Under the pieces are notes generated by a model. That model saw only the letters and a program-made list of their open reading frames with translations. It did not search any database and was not told the DNA's origin. From a virus, in IMG/VR virus record IMGVR_UViG_3300038829_000263, positions 6,111 through 70,110 of that record: 64,000 nucleotides of DNA; one strand, 5' to 3'. The position numbers and the translations under genes were made by a program. Every line of letters starts with the position of its first letter. The first letter of the stretch is position 1. Of this stretch, positions 44,645-53,563 are shown piece by piece.

Positions 44645-45159
44645 GCGAGCCCCAGGAGGAAGCCGTAGATGATGCCCTCGGTCCGCGCCTGGATGCCGGG
44701 CGCCTTCGACTCGCGCGTGCCGGCGACGTTCAGCACGACGGGCCTGGGCGGCGGGTAGAGGAAGCCGCGCGTCTCGACGACCGAGCGGATCCACCCGAGT
44801 AGCTTCGTCACGTGCGCGGCGTCGGGGTCGCCCTGGAGGTCGAGGTGCAGCATGCACGGGACGCTCTTGAGCCGCTTCACGGCGGCGGCGGTCGCGGCCG
44901 ACCCGGGGGTCATCTTCCGCGTGAGGGTGATGATGAGGGTCGCGTCCGCGTCCTCGACGTTGCGCTTCGTGCGCTCGATGTAGTCGTCGGTCTCGGTCTC
45001 CTGCAGCGGGTAGGACGGGTGGATCTTCCCGTCCTCGGCCTTCCGGCCCTTGGGGCACCATCCGCCGCAGGGGAAGCCCAGGCGCAGCGCCGCGTCGAGG
45101 GCGCCGCGGTCAACGCCGGCCTGGCCTCCACTGACGAGCCTGGCGACGAGGCGGCTCAC
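44641..45159 (-). CDS. SLOG-family (putative molybdenum-carrier-like) protein
   Basis: SGGQAGVDRGALD...GGWCPKG...RTKRNVEDADATL...LNVAGTRES. Confidence 0.85.
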   Translation of the reverse strand: MSRLVARLVSGGQAGVDRGALDAALRLGFPCGGWCPKGRKAEDGKIHPSYPLQETETDDYIERTKRNVEDADATLIITLTRKMTPGSAATAAAVKRLKSVPCMLHLDLQGDPDAAHVTKLLGWIRSVVETRGFLYPPPRPVVLNVAGTRESKAPGIQARTEGIIYGFLLGLA

Positions 45160-45437
45160 GGCGTCGCGTCCGCGGCGATGCCGGCCGCGCGCACATCGGC
45201 CCCCGTGATGCCGTTGAGGCGCATGCACGCCTCCCTCGCCCGCCACTCTGCCTCGCACCGGCGCTCGCCGCGGGTCCGGCGGCCGTAGCGCGAGCGGGGC
45301 GCCCCGGCGAAGCGATGCACGATCAGGCCAGAGGCCCGGAGGTAGACGAGGAAGAACGGGCCCTCTTCCCTGTACATGAACGGGAAGTGGAGGCCAAAGC
45401 TACCGCCCAGCTCGGGGTGCTCCACGGCGGGCTTCAT
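45156..45437 (-). CDS. hypothetical protein
   Basis: Coupled ORF. Confidence 0.45.
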   Translation of the reverse strand: MKPAVEHPELGGSFGLHFPFMYREEGPFFLVYLRASGLIVHRFAGAPRSRYGRRTRGERRCEAEWRAREACMRLNGITGADVRAAGIAADATP

Positions 45438-46252
45438 TCGTTCGGTGCTCCGGCCAGCAGCCAAGGGATCAGCCGCTCCCCGACGGCCTCCATCAAGGAC
45501 CGCTGGCTCATCAGGCGCCGCACGTCTCGGTTCACCCGGTTGTTCGCCGCGGTGAAGGTCAGCGCAAGGAAGTCGCGGTCCGTGCACCTGACCTTGCCAG
45601 GGTTCGGGTCCAGAAGGTCGTTCAGCGGCCGGGCGGCGAGGGCGAGCGACGCGAGATACCAGGTGTGCTCGGGATCGCCATGGCGGAAGAAGGCCCGGAA
45701 GAAGGCCCGGGTCTTGCGCTCGAGCTCGTGCGGTGTGACCGTGAATTCGGAGGGGTAGTCGCGGCAGTCACGCGTGAGCCAGAGGCGCGCAATGTCCAGG
45801 GCGCTTGCTGCCTGGCTCAGGTCTCCCGGCAGAAGCTCCGGCGTCCCGCGCGGGACTGAGTGCCAGCCGGCCCTCCTCGCGTCTTCGATGACCGCCTCCG
45901 TGAGAGCGCATGCGGCCCGCGCGGCGACCCGCCATCCCAGGCCAGCGACGAACCGGATCCACCGAGGGGCGTCGGGCCAGGCGCGCAGGCAGCTATCGTC
46001 GTGATGGTGGTGTGCGCGCCGCGGGCAACCGGCTACTCCTGTGCCCTTGTGCGTGTCGTCCTTGCACCAGGCGCCCGTCCCTCCCAAGACGGCTCGGGCC
46101 GGGATGTACCCGAGGAGGGCAGCGGCCCCCAGGTGCTTCGGCAGGATAGTGCCGGCGCGCAGGCGCGCGGCCAGGTCGCGGCTTTGGGCCTCCTCGCTGT
46201 CTGGGGCCGCCTGAACCGCTCTGGCGCGCGTGCGCATGTCGCGGTCGCTCAT
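45434..46252 (-). CDS. DxxLRxLER-leader family protein
   Basis: MSDRDMRTRAR...LAARLRAG...LGAAALLG; C-terminal LIPWLL. Confidence 0.6.
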   Translation of the reverse strand: MSDRDMRTRARAVQAAPDSEEAQSRDLAARLRAGTILPKHLGAAALLGYIPARAVLGGTGAWCKDDTHKGTGVAGCPRRAHHHHDDSCLRAWPDAPRWIRFVAGLGWRVAARAACALTEAVIEDARRAGWHSVPRGTPELLPGDLSQAASALDIARLWLTRDCRDYPSEFTVTPHELERKTRAFFRAFFRHGDPEHTWYLASLALAARPLNDLLDPNPGKVRCTDRDFLALTFTAANNRVNRDVRRLMSQRSLMEAVGERLIPWLLAGAPNE

Positions 46253-47169
46253 GCGTTCGCCTCCATGTCCGCGATGTTCCGGGCGGCCTTGTGGATGAGC
46301 GGGTCGCCATCCCCGAGGGCCCAAGGGAGGAGGTAGGCCCGGACGATGCGAGAGCAGCGCGCCAGGGCGTAGCGGCCGGTCCTGCTCCGCAGGAAGTCGG
46401 CGTAGCTCATCCCCGGCGGCGGGTTCTGCTCGATCCGGCGATCCACGTCCCTCGTGACCAGGTACTCGTACCCGCAGTTCCTGGCGACCTCAGCGGCCGC
46501 GTTCGGGTCGCCGGCGATGAGCCAGACGCGCAGGAGGCGCACAGGGTCGGCGAAGCGGACCCAGAAGTGCCCCTCGTCGCCCTGGCCTCCTGTCCCGCGG
46601 CAACGGCTCACGAGGGCATCGATGTCCATGATGAGCTCGTCGCCGTTCGTCAAGGTCCCGCCCTCCTCCAGGACGGCGATGGCCAGGCCGAGGGAGGTCA
46701 TCAGGCCGCTGATGAGGCCACGCGCGGCGGCATGCGGATCGTCGATCGTGTGCACGAAGCTCCCTGGGAGAAGGATGCGCGCGACCGTCCGCTCCTCGGG
46801 CTGGATGGCCTGGCGCGCGTAGGCGTGCCGGGCGGCCCAGAGCATCGCCCAGGCGGCGCGGCCTTGCGCGGCCGCCGGCCGGAGATGGCGAACGAACGTC
46901 GTGATCTGCCGCGGCTTCTCGAATGGGAAGGGATGCCGGCGATACTCCTTGTCGGGGACCGCGTCCTCGCCCGGCAGGGGGACGAGGTCCTCGGCCAGGC
47001 CCTGCTCGGCGGCGATGGCCAGCGCGTGCGGGTCCTGCAGCCAGGCCGCCAGGCGCAGACGGCCCGGGGAGATCAGGCCGGCGCGGAAGCGCCCCACGAT
47101 GAGGGCCTGGCGCTCGAGCGGGTCGAGGGCGGCGCGGCGTTCGAGGTCCCGAAGGCGGGCGTCGGTCAC
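46249..47169 (-). CDS. DxxLRxLER-leader family protein, probably leaderless mRNA
   Basis: MTDARLRDLERRA...RFRAG...RLRLAAWLQD; C-terminal LLPWALG. Confidence 0.7.
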   Translation of the reverse strand: MTDARLRDLERRAALDPLERQALIVGRFRAGLISPGRLRLAAWLQDPHALAIAAEQGLAEDLVPLPGEDAVPDKEYRRHPFPFEKPRQITTFVRHLRPAAAQGRAAWAMLWAARHAYARQAIQPEERTVARILLPGSFVHTIDDPHAAARGLISGLMTSLGLAIAVLEEGGTLTNGDELIMDIDALVSRCRGTGGQGDEGHFWVRFADPVRLLRVWLIAGDPNAAAEVARNCGYEYLVTRDVDRRIEQNPPPGMSYADFLRSRTGRYALARCSRIVRAYLLPWALGDGDPLIHKAARNIADMEANA

Positions 47170-47175
47170 CAGGCG

Positions 47176-47203
47176 ATATTAGCAGGGCATACTCCACCTT
47201 CAA
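47176..47203 (-). promoter_or_regulatory. leftward promoter for the minus-strand block
   Basis: TTGAAG-N16-TAATAT (GCTAATATCGCC) on minus strand, 6 nt before GTG 47169. Confidence 0.7.
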
Positions 47204-47268
47204 GCCCACGGCTTGACAGGCGACGTCCTAGTTGTTCGTCTAGGCGCTCCTCAACGAAAGGGGGAGCC

Positions 47269-47556
47269 ATGCCGGCGACCAAGACGCCGAAGATCCGCAA
47301 GGGAGACATCTACGTCGAGACGAAGCCAGACCGCGCGCCCGCGCGCCAGGTCCGCATCGTGCGGTTCACCGACCGCGCGCAGAGCAACATCCAGGTCGAC
47401 AACCTGGGCCTTCCGCTCAAGACGGGCGGCTACAAGACCCTGGAGATGAAGGCCACGCGCTTCCGCGAGATGTTCCGGCTCAAGCAGCGCGCGACCGCGA
47501 AGGACAAGGCCGAGGCCATCCGCCGGGCGCGCCGCCTGGCCACGGCCAAGGGGTAG
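47269..47556 (+). CDS. small basic hypothetical protein
   Basis: GGAG SD; GC3-biased. Confidence 0.6.
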   Translation: MPATKTPKIRKGDIYVETKPDRAPARQVRIVRFTDRAQSNIQVDNLGLPLKTGGYKTLEMKATRFREMFRLKQRATAKDKAEAIRRARRLATAKG

Positions 47557-47568
47557 ACCGGCGCCTTC

Positions 47569-47605
47569 CACGGGCCCGGGGCGGCACGGCCGTCTCGGGC
47601 CCGTG
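47569..47605 (+). terminator. 17-bp terminator-like hairpin
   Basis: CACGGGCCCGGGGCGGC-acg-GCCGTCTCGGGCCCGTG. Confidence 0.55.
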
Positions 47606-47652
47606 CTCTGTACCGCCTGCCCGGCCGACGGTTGCTCCTACGTGCACGGACC

Positions 47653-47713
47653 CTTGCGCAAGCTAGCACGCGCGGCTAATATCGGGGAGTCCTGCAAGGC
47701 CAGGACAAAGGAG
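47653..47713 (+). promoter_or_regulatory. promoter-hairpin-SD cassette, copy 4
   Basis: TTGCGC 47654, N17, TAATAT 47677; GTCCTG-caaggc-CAGGAC; AAGGAG. Confidence 0.85.
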
Positions 47714-47719
47714 TCCGGG

Positions 47720-48724
47720 ATGAGCGCGAAGGCCCTGCCGGTGGTGAACGTCGCGAGCCCGGACCTCCTCTCCTACGACGCGATCATCGTGGCCTTCTCG
47801 GGCGGCAAGGACTCGCTCGCCTGCCTGCTCCACCTCCTCGAGCAGGGCGTCCCCGTCGAGAAGATCGAACTCTGGCACCACGACGTCGACGGCCGCGAGG
47901 GTTCGAGCCTCATGGACTGGGCCCCGACCCGGGCCTACTGCCGCGCGGTCGCGGCGGCCTTCGGCGTGCGGATCTACTTCTCCTGGCTCTCGGGCGGCTT
48001 CGAGCGCGAGATGAACCGCCTGGACTCGTCCAAGGCCGAGACCGTCTGGGAGAACGCGGACGGGACGATCGGCCGGAGCGGCGGCCGCGGGCCGAAGAAC
48101 ACCCGCCGGAAGTTCCCCCAGGTGACGGCCGACCTCTCGAAGCGCTGGTGCTCGGCCTACCTCAAGATCGACGTCTGCGCGGCGGCGATCTGCGGCCAGG
48201 CGCGCTTCAACGGGACCCGCACCCTGGTCGTCACGGGCGAGCGCGCGGAGGAGAGCGCGGCCCGGGCGAAGTACAAGACCTTCGAGCCCCACCGCGCGGA
48301 CATCCGCGACGGCGCGAAGGCCCGGCACGTCGACTCCTGGCGCCCGGTGCACGGCTGGAGCGAGGCCCAGGTGTGGGCGATCATCGAGAAGTTCTCGGTC
48401 AACCCCCACCCCGCCTACCGCGCCGGCTTCGGGCGCGTCTCCTGCCAGTTCTGCATCTTCGGCTCGAAGGACCAGTGGGCCTCGGCGGCCGCGATCTCCC
48501 CCGAGCGGTTCGTGCGTGTCGCGCAGTACGAGGAGACCTTCGGCCTGACGATCCAGCGCAAGGAGTCGGTGCGCGCCATGGCCGCGAAGGGCCGCGCCTA
48601 CGCGACGAGCGAGGCCGACCTGGCCGCCTGCCGGAGCGAGTCGTTCGACGAGCCCGTGATCCTCGCCGCGGGCGAGTGGCGGATGCCCGCCGGGGCCTTC
48701 GGCGAGGCTACTGGACCTTCGTAG
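47720..48724 (+). CDS. PAPS-reductase-like PP-loop protein
   Basis: AFSGGKDS, KRWCSAYLK, TGERAEES, WRPV, RVSCQFCIF. Confidence 0.85.
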   Translation: MSAKALPVVNVASPDLLSYDAIIVAFSGGKDSLACLLHLLEQGVPVEKIELWHHDVDGREGSSLMDWAPTRAYCRAVAAAFGVRIYFSWLSGGFEREMNRLDSSKAETVWENADGTIGRSGGRGPKNTRRKFPQVTADLSKRWCSAYLKIDVCAAAICGQARFNGTRTLVVTGERAEESAARAKYKTFEPHRADIRDGAKARHVDSWRPVHGWSEAQVWAIIEKFSVNPHPAYRAGFGRVSCQFCIFGSKDQWASAAAISPERFVRVAQYEETFGLTIQRKESVRAMAAKGRAYATSEADLAACRSESFDEPVILAAGEWRMPAGAFGEATGPS

Positions 48725-49262
48725 ACAGCGCACCTTCGGGAGACCAGCCATGCGCCAGCCGATGCCGAAGAGTGCCGAGGCCCACAACGCAACGGGCGTC
48801 CTCCAGCCAGGCGGAGCGTGTCTTGGTCTCCCCCCACGCTGTGATGCGCACGATGTCGCGCCGGTTCCGCGACTGCTCGCGCCGGGTTGCCCAGCGGCAG
48901 TTCCCTGGCTCGTAGCCTCGATCGTTGTTCTCGCGCTCGATGGTCGCGCCGGGCGGTCGAGGGCCCATGTCCGCGCAGAAAGCGGCGAAACTGCGCCAGG
49001 CGGCGCAGACTGCGATTCCGCGGCCGCCGTAGTCCGGCCAGTTCTTGTGCCTGCGGTTCGTGCACCGCGCCCACATCGAGGCCCAGCAGTGGTAGCCATC
49101 TGGCAGCGCCCTGCTGGTGTTGTAGCGGCTGACGCACTCCGAACACTTCGCGGCCGCCTGGCCTTCGCGGCCGGCCTCTGTGCGCAGGCACTTCGTATGG
49201 CGAGTCCGCCGCCCGCATCGACGGCAGAACTTGGACACAGGCGTAAGCCCAACAGCGCGCAT
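48708..49262 (-). CDS. HNH-type homing endonuclease, antisense to operon
   Basis: WASMWARC, YGGRGIAVC, DMGPRP, TIERENNDRGYEPGNCRWAT. Confidence 0.88.
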   Translation of the reverse strand: MRAVGLTPVSKFCRRCGRRTRHTKCLRTEAGREGQAAAKCSECVSRYNTSRALPDGYHCWASMWARCTNRRHKNWPDYGGRGIAVCAAWRSFAAFCADMGPRPPGATIERENNDRGYEPGNCRWATRREQSRNRRDIVRITAWGETKTRSAWLEDARCVVGLGTLRHRLAHGWSPEGALSTKVQ

Positions 49263-49586
49263 GCGAGCCTCCGGGGCGTTTGCCCCGTCATGCTAGCATG
49301 CGGCCCGGCGTAGAGGAGGAACCGTGGATACCTGCACGCACTGCCACGCCCCGATTCCCTCCTGGATCCGCGCCGCGGGCCCGGAGTCCATGGACTGGTC
49401 GCCCCAGGCCACCGCGACCGGCGGCTTCCTGGCGACGCTCCTGTGGGCGACCCCCAGATGGGCGGCCTGCTGACGCCGGTGGCCTACACCGAGACCCGCG
49501 CCGATCAGTCGCAGGGCGGCCTGTGGTGCACGGACCCCGCCTGCACGAAGGCCATGCGCACGCTCACCCGCACGAGGAGGTAGACC

Positions 49587-50084
49587 ATGCTCACCGTCAC
49601 GATCATGCAGGGCGTTCCTGGCGCCGGGAAAAGCTACGTCGCGCACCGCTGGCGCCTGGCCAGCCCGGAGACGGTCGTCGTCTCGGCCGACGGCTACCCG
49701 GGGCTCTACGTCTACGACCAGGGCCCGGGCAAGCCGCCGACCTATGACCGCGCCCTCCAGGGCAAGGCCCACGGCTGGTGCTTCCGCCGGGCCTGGGAAG
49801 CCCTGGCGCAGGGCGCGTCGATCATCGTCGACAACACGAACCTATCGGCGCTCGAGATCGCGCCCTACATCCTCATGGCCCAGGCGTTCGAGGCCGCCCC
49901 GCGCATCGTGCGCGTCCCCTGCCAGCCAGACCGCGCCTGGGCGCGGAACGTCCACGGCCTCCCGGCGGACATCCACGAGAAGATGGTCCGGGCGATGATG
50001 GACTTCGCCCCGGCGCCCTGGTGGGAGTACATCCCCGGCTTCCAGATGCTCGAAGCCCCTGGCGACTACCTCCCTAGCGACTAA
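49587..50084 (+). CDS. AAA_33 / polynucleotide-kinase-like P-loop kinase
   Basis: GVPGAGKS, IIVDNTN, RNVHGLP. Confidence 0.8.
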   Translation: MLTVTIMQGVPGAGKSYVAHRWRLASPETVVVSADGYPGLYVYDQGPGKPPTYDRALQGKAHGWCFRRAWEALAQGASIIVDNTNLSALEIAPYILMAQAFEAAPRIVRVPCQPDRAWARNVHGLPADIHEKMVRAMMDFAPAPWWEYIPGFQMLEAPGDYLPSD

Positions 50085-50114
50085 CCGTAGAGGCCACAAC
50101 ATGGGCCGCCCACC

Positions 50115-50177
50115 CTTGCGCAAGGCAGGGTGGGCGGCTAATATCGCCTATGTCCCCGCAAGGCCGGGGCAAAGGAG
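50115..50177 (+). promoter_or_regulatory. promoter-hairpin-SD cassette, copy 5
   Basis: TTGCGC 50116, N17, TAATAT 50139; CCCCG-caaggc-CGGGG; AAGGAG. Confidence 0.85.
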
Positions 50178-50185
50178 CGAGGCGA

Positions 50186-50845
50186 ATGCGGAACAACTGC
50201 CCCTACTACACCCACCGGTTCGACCCCGAGACCCACCGCTGCAAGGGCTGCCAGCGCTGGCAGGCCGGCTACGCGCCGAAGAAGGCCGCGACGAAGGAGC
50301 GGGCCGAGTGCCAGGTCTGCGCCAAGGTCCAGGCCACGCACGCGGGCGCCCTCGTCCACCACGGCTACAAGCGCCCCGGCTGGGGCTGCATCGTCGGGGA
50401 CTGCTACGGCGCCGGCTACGCGCCCTTCCCGGCGCACGACCGCCTCGACGCCTGGCTCGCCCAGGTCGAGACCCACAAGGCGACGCTCGAGCAGACGATC
50501 GCGGCCGGCGAGCCCGAGGAGATCGTCCAGCAGGAGATCGACTACGACGCCCCGCGCCGCTACGGCCAGAAGCACGCGACGAAGCTCGTGACCTACACCC
50601 GGGCCCCCAGCGAGGGCCCCCACCCGGACGGCGCCGCGAGCGAGGTTCGGATGGCGTGGGTCAAGGCCCACCAGGCGCACGAGAAGTGGACCTCGCTCGT
50701 CCGGGCCCGCGCGAAGCGCCTGACCGGCCAGGTCGAGGAGTGCGTGGGGGAGATCGCGCGCGTCTCGGCGCGGATCGAGCGGGCGAAGGCCCAGCAGGCC
50801 CTCGTGGCGCAGGCCGCCCAGGCCGGCGTGGGGAATGCGCAGTGA
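50186..50845 (+). CDS. hypothetical protein with CxxC
   Basis: CQVC...HHGY...CYG. Confidence 0.65.
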   Translation: MRNNCPYYTHRFDPETHRCKGCQRWQAGYAPKKAATKERAECQVCAKVQATHAGALVHHGYKRPGWGCIVGDCYGAGYAPFPAHDRLDAWLAQVETHKATLEQTIAAGEPEEIVQQEIDYDAPRRYGQKHATKLVTYTRAPSEGPHPDGAASEVRMAWVKAHQAHEKWTSLVRARAKRLTGQVEECVGEIARVSARIERAKAQQALVAQAAQAGVGNAQ

Positions 50846-51204
50846 GCCGCCCCGCGAAGCCGACCAAGCACGACCTCGACTGGGCCCTGATCGTCTACGC
50901 GATCCGGGGCCCCGGCTACGACTCACTCCCGTCGTTCGCCCAGAACCGGATGCTGATCGAGACCTGGCGGCACACCGACGCCTACGGCGAGGTCGGCCTG
51001 GTCCCGCCCCAGGGCTGGGACTGGTCGGGCATCCGCGACTCCTCGCGCGAGGCCCTGGCGAAGATCGCCCAGGCCGCCCGCGGCGTGCTCGAGCAGGCGG
51101 GGGCGCGGGTCCCCACCAAGGCCGAGCTGACCAAGACGGCCGCCGAGAACCTGCGCAAGCGCGCCGAGGTCGAGGCCATGCTGCGCGAGGAGGGACTGGC
51201 GTGA
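50842..51204 (+). CDS. hypothetical protein
   Basis: Coupled ORF. Confidence 0.55.
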   Translation: MSRPAKPTKHDLDWALIVYAIRGPGYDSLPSFAQNRMLIETWRHTDAYGEVGLVPPQGWDWSGIRDSSREALAKIAQAARGVLEQAGARVPTKAELTKTAAENLRKRAEVEAMLREEGLA

Positions 51205-51665
51205 GCAAGCGGGTACTGCTGGGAGAGGGCACGTTCGGCTGGAACTCGCCGGAGCGGCGCGCCGACCGCTATGGCTTCGTGCACCTCAGCACGACCGAGG
51301 ACCCGGACGTGTTCGTGCAGGACCGCGGCGGCGCCTGCACGCTCGACCTGCGCGCCGCTGTCGGCCTCCAGGGCACGCGCGGTCGTCTCGTCGTCGAGGT
51401 AGTCGAGCCGCGCGAGTCGACGCACATGGGGGATCTCTTCCGCGGGCTGCGCCAGCGGACCCTGCCGGCCGTGGGCGAGCACGAGCTGGCGCCCCTCTCG
51501 GGCGCCCTGGCGGTGGACAAGTCTGTGCCTGGCTGGCCCGCCGTGGGCATTCGCCCCGACGACGGCCGCGCGCACGACTGGCTGATCCCGGAGCGGCTCT
51601 ACGCCTTGCACGACTCGGTCGTCCGCCTCTACTTCGTCCCGGAGGCCGCCGATGGCCTCGCCTGA
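51201..51665 (+). CDS. hypothetical protein
   Basis: Coupled ORF. Confidence 0.55.
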   Translation: MSKRVLLGEGTFGWNSPERRADRYGFVHLSTTEDPDVFVQDRGGACTLDLRAAVGLQGTRGRLVVEVVEPRESTHMGDLFRGLRQRTLPAVGEHELAPLSGALAVDKSVPGWPAVGIRPDDGRAHDWLIPERLYALHDSVVRLYFVPEAADGLA

Positions 51666-52143
51666 GCGGCCGCGCTACACGCGCATCCCCGGCACGGAGG
51701 AGGTCGTCAAGATCGTCCCTCCCGGCGAGGAGCGCTGCGACTTCTGCTACGGGCCCAACCCGTCGAGCTCCTACTTCGGCCCGGACGACTTCCTGACGAG
51801 CACGAGCTACGAGGCGGGTGAGGGCACGCTCGACACGGTCGCCGACCCCGAGTGGCTCGCTTGCGCCTCCTGCGCGCGGGTGATCGACAAGCGCGTCCCG
51901 GAGATCCTGGCGAACTACGTCACGCGCCGGATCCTGGCCCGGCGCGGTCTGACCGGCGAGTCGCGCCAGGCCCTGCGCGCCATCCTGCAGCCCCAGCTCC
52001 TGGGCATGTATGCGCGCCTCCTGCCCGCCCTGGGCTCGCGCCAGCCCTGGGCGCCGACGCCGGGCGCGCCGCCGGTCGAGAACATCAAGCAGCAGGTCAT
52101 CCGCCACACCGCACCCGACCCCGGCGAGCCCGGGGCCAACTGA
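51652..52143 (+). CDS. hypothetical protein with CDFC...CASC
   Basis: GC3-biased ORF. Confidence 0.55.
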   Translation: MASPERPRYTRIPGTEEVVKIVPPGEERCDFCYGPNPSSSYFGPDDFLTSTSYEAGEGTLDTVADPEWLACASCARVIDKRVPEILANYVTRRILARRGLTGESRQALRAILQPQLLGMYARLLPALGSRQPWAPTPGAPPVENIKQQVIRHTAPDPGEPGAN

Positions 52144-52150
52144 GGACGCC

Positions 52151-52534
52151 ATGGCCGACGCCACGCTACGAGCGACGATCCGGGACCTCCTGCGCGCCGG
52201 ATGCGAACCCCTCAAGATCCCGGTGCGCATCGCCGATGAGATGCGCGTGCCGCCGGAGGAGCGGCCGGAGTTCTACCGCGCGGTGATGCAGGGGGCACTC
52301 GAGGCCCTCATCGCCGAGACGCCTGGCGAGAAGTGCGGGTGGTGCGCGCACCCGGTCCTCTGGCACAGCCAGGGGCCCCCCGGGTGGACTTGCGAGCGCC
52401 CGGCCGAGACCGTGGGCCTGACGAAGAAGGGCGGCGTCGTCGTGCGCGCCGCCGTCGTGGAAGGAAGCAACCCGCGCAGGCGCGTGCGTGCCTGCGCCTG
52501 CAAGGCAGACCCCAAGACGAAGCCGGAGGGCTGA
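52151..52534 (+). CDS. hypothetical protein, weak leader match
   Basis: MADATLRATIRD. Confidence 0.5.
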   Translation: MADATLRATIRDLLRAGCEPLKIPVRIADEMRVPPEERPEFYRAVMQGALEALIAETPGEKCGWCAHPVLWHSQGPPGWTCERPAETVGLTKKGGVVVRAAVVEGSNPRRRVRACACKADPKTKPEG

Positions 52535-52535
52535 G

Positions 52536-52988
52536 ATGAAGTTGTCGAAGGAACACGCCGTGGCGCGCGCCTGGGTCCATGCCCAGGGCCGGATCAACGG
52601 CGACAACCTGGCGGCGGCCTACGCCGTGCTGCAGCTCGTTGCGGATGTGACCCACGCGAAGGGGGAGGTCACGCTGCGCACCCTGCGCCTGCTCCTCTCC
52701 CACAAGGCCGGCCGCATCGCCGAGACGCTGCTCATCGGCGAGCCGCCCTCCTCCCTTCGTGACCTCATCCCTGGCGAGCGGAAGCGCGGGGTCGCCGGCC
52801 CGGCCCTCTCGTTCGGCGTGCCCATCCCCGAGCACGAGCTCACCGAGCACCTGGACGAGCCGCTCGTGCTCACGAAGAACGGCCGGGTCGTGCTTGACGC
52901 CTGCGAGTTGCTCATCGGCTGCACGCAGGCGGCGGACTCGAAGGACCCGACCGTCGAGGGCTGGGACAAGGACAGCGTGAGCCCGTGA
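52536..52988 (+). CDS. hypothetical protein
   Basis: Coupled ORF. Confidence 0.5.
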   Translation: MKLSKEHAVARAWVHAQGRINGDNLAAAYAVLQLVADVTHAKGEVTLRTLRLLLSHKAGRIAETLLIGEPPSSLRDLIPGERKRGVAGPALSFGVPIPEHELTEHLDEPLVLTKNGRVVLDACELLIGCTQAADSKDPTVEGWDKDSVSP

Positions 52989-53269
52989 CCAGACCCCCTA
53001 CACTGCCGGCCTCGAATCGCCTCGCCGGCCACAAGGCCCGCCTGGAGGAGGCCGCCCGCCTTGTGCGGTCCGTCCGGGACGACCTGGACACGTCCTCGCA
53101 GTCCTGCGAGTGCTGCGGCCTGGACAAGGCGGTCAACTGGGGCGAGTCCCTGGCAGCCGAGTCCCTGGGCGGCGTCATCCGCCGCCTCGAGCGCTGCGCC
53201 GAGGAGGCGTACCGGGGTTACCCCTCGAAGCGCAAGACCGACCACGTCAGCGAGGAGAGCCAGGGATGA
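52985..53269 (+). CDS. hypothetical protein
   Basis: Coupled ORF. Confidence 0.5.
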   Translation: MTRPPTLPASNRLAGHKARLEEAARLVRSVRDDLDTSSQSCECCGLDKAVNWGESLAAESLGGVIRRLERCAEEAYRGYPSKRKTDHVSEESQG

Positions 53270-53520
53270 CCCTCCCCGAGGAGAACGTCTACTGGCGCGA
53301 CCTCTGGGGAGCGGACCACCAGACGCGGCGCGCCCGCCTCGAGCTCGTCGGGCCCAAGGGCGCGCGCAGCTACGTCGCGACCTTCCCCGGCGGCCGGCGC
53401 GCGGTCGTCTACTGGAACGGACAGGAGTCCCGGCTGGCCCAGGCCGCGCTGGACAAGGCTGTTGCGAAGGACGCCCACGGCCTCGGCCCCGCCCTTGCGC
53501 AAGAGAGCACGGGCGGCTAA
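53266..53520 (+). CDS. hypothetical protein
   Basis: Stop TAA lies inside the -10 box of the next cassette. Confidence 0.5.
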   Translation: MTLPEENVYWRDLWGADHQTRRARLELVGPKGARSYVATFPGGRRAVVYWNGQESRLAQAALDKAVAKDAHGLGPALAQESTGG

Positions 53521-53555
53521 TATCGGGGCGTGCCGGCAAGGCCCGGCCGAAGGAG
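53494..53555 (+). promoter_or_regulatory. promoter-hairpin-SD cassette, copy 6
   Basis: TTGCGC 53495, N17, TAATAT 53518; GCCGG-caaggc-CCGGC; AAGGAG. Confidence 0.85.
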
Positions 53556-53563
53556 CCCGGAAC

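Noticed and set aside
34087-47169. Invertible segment explaining the minus-strand block
   Set aside because: No flanking inverted repeats or recombinase seen; the block has its own divergent promoter at 47176-47203
47213-47241. TTGACA as the -35 of a rightward promoter for 47269
   Set aside because: No acceptable -10 hexamer at 16-18 nt spacing
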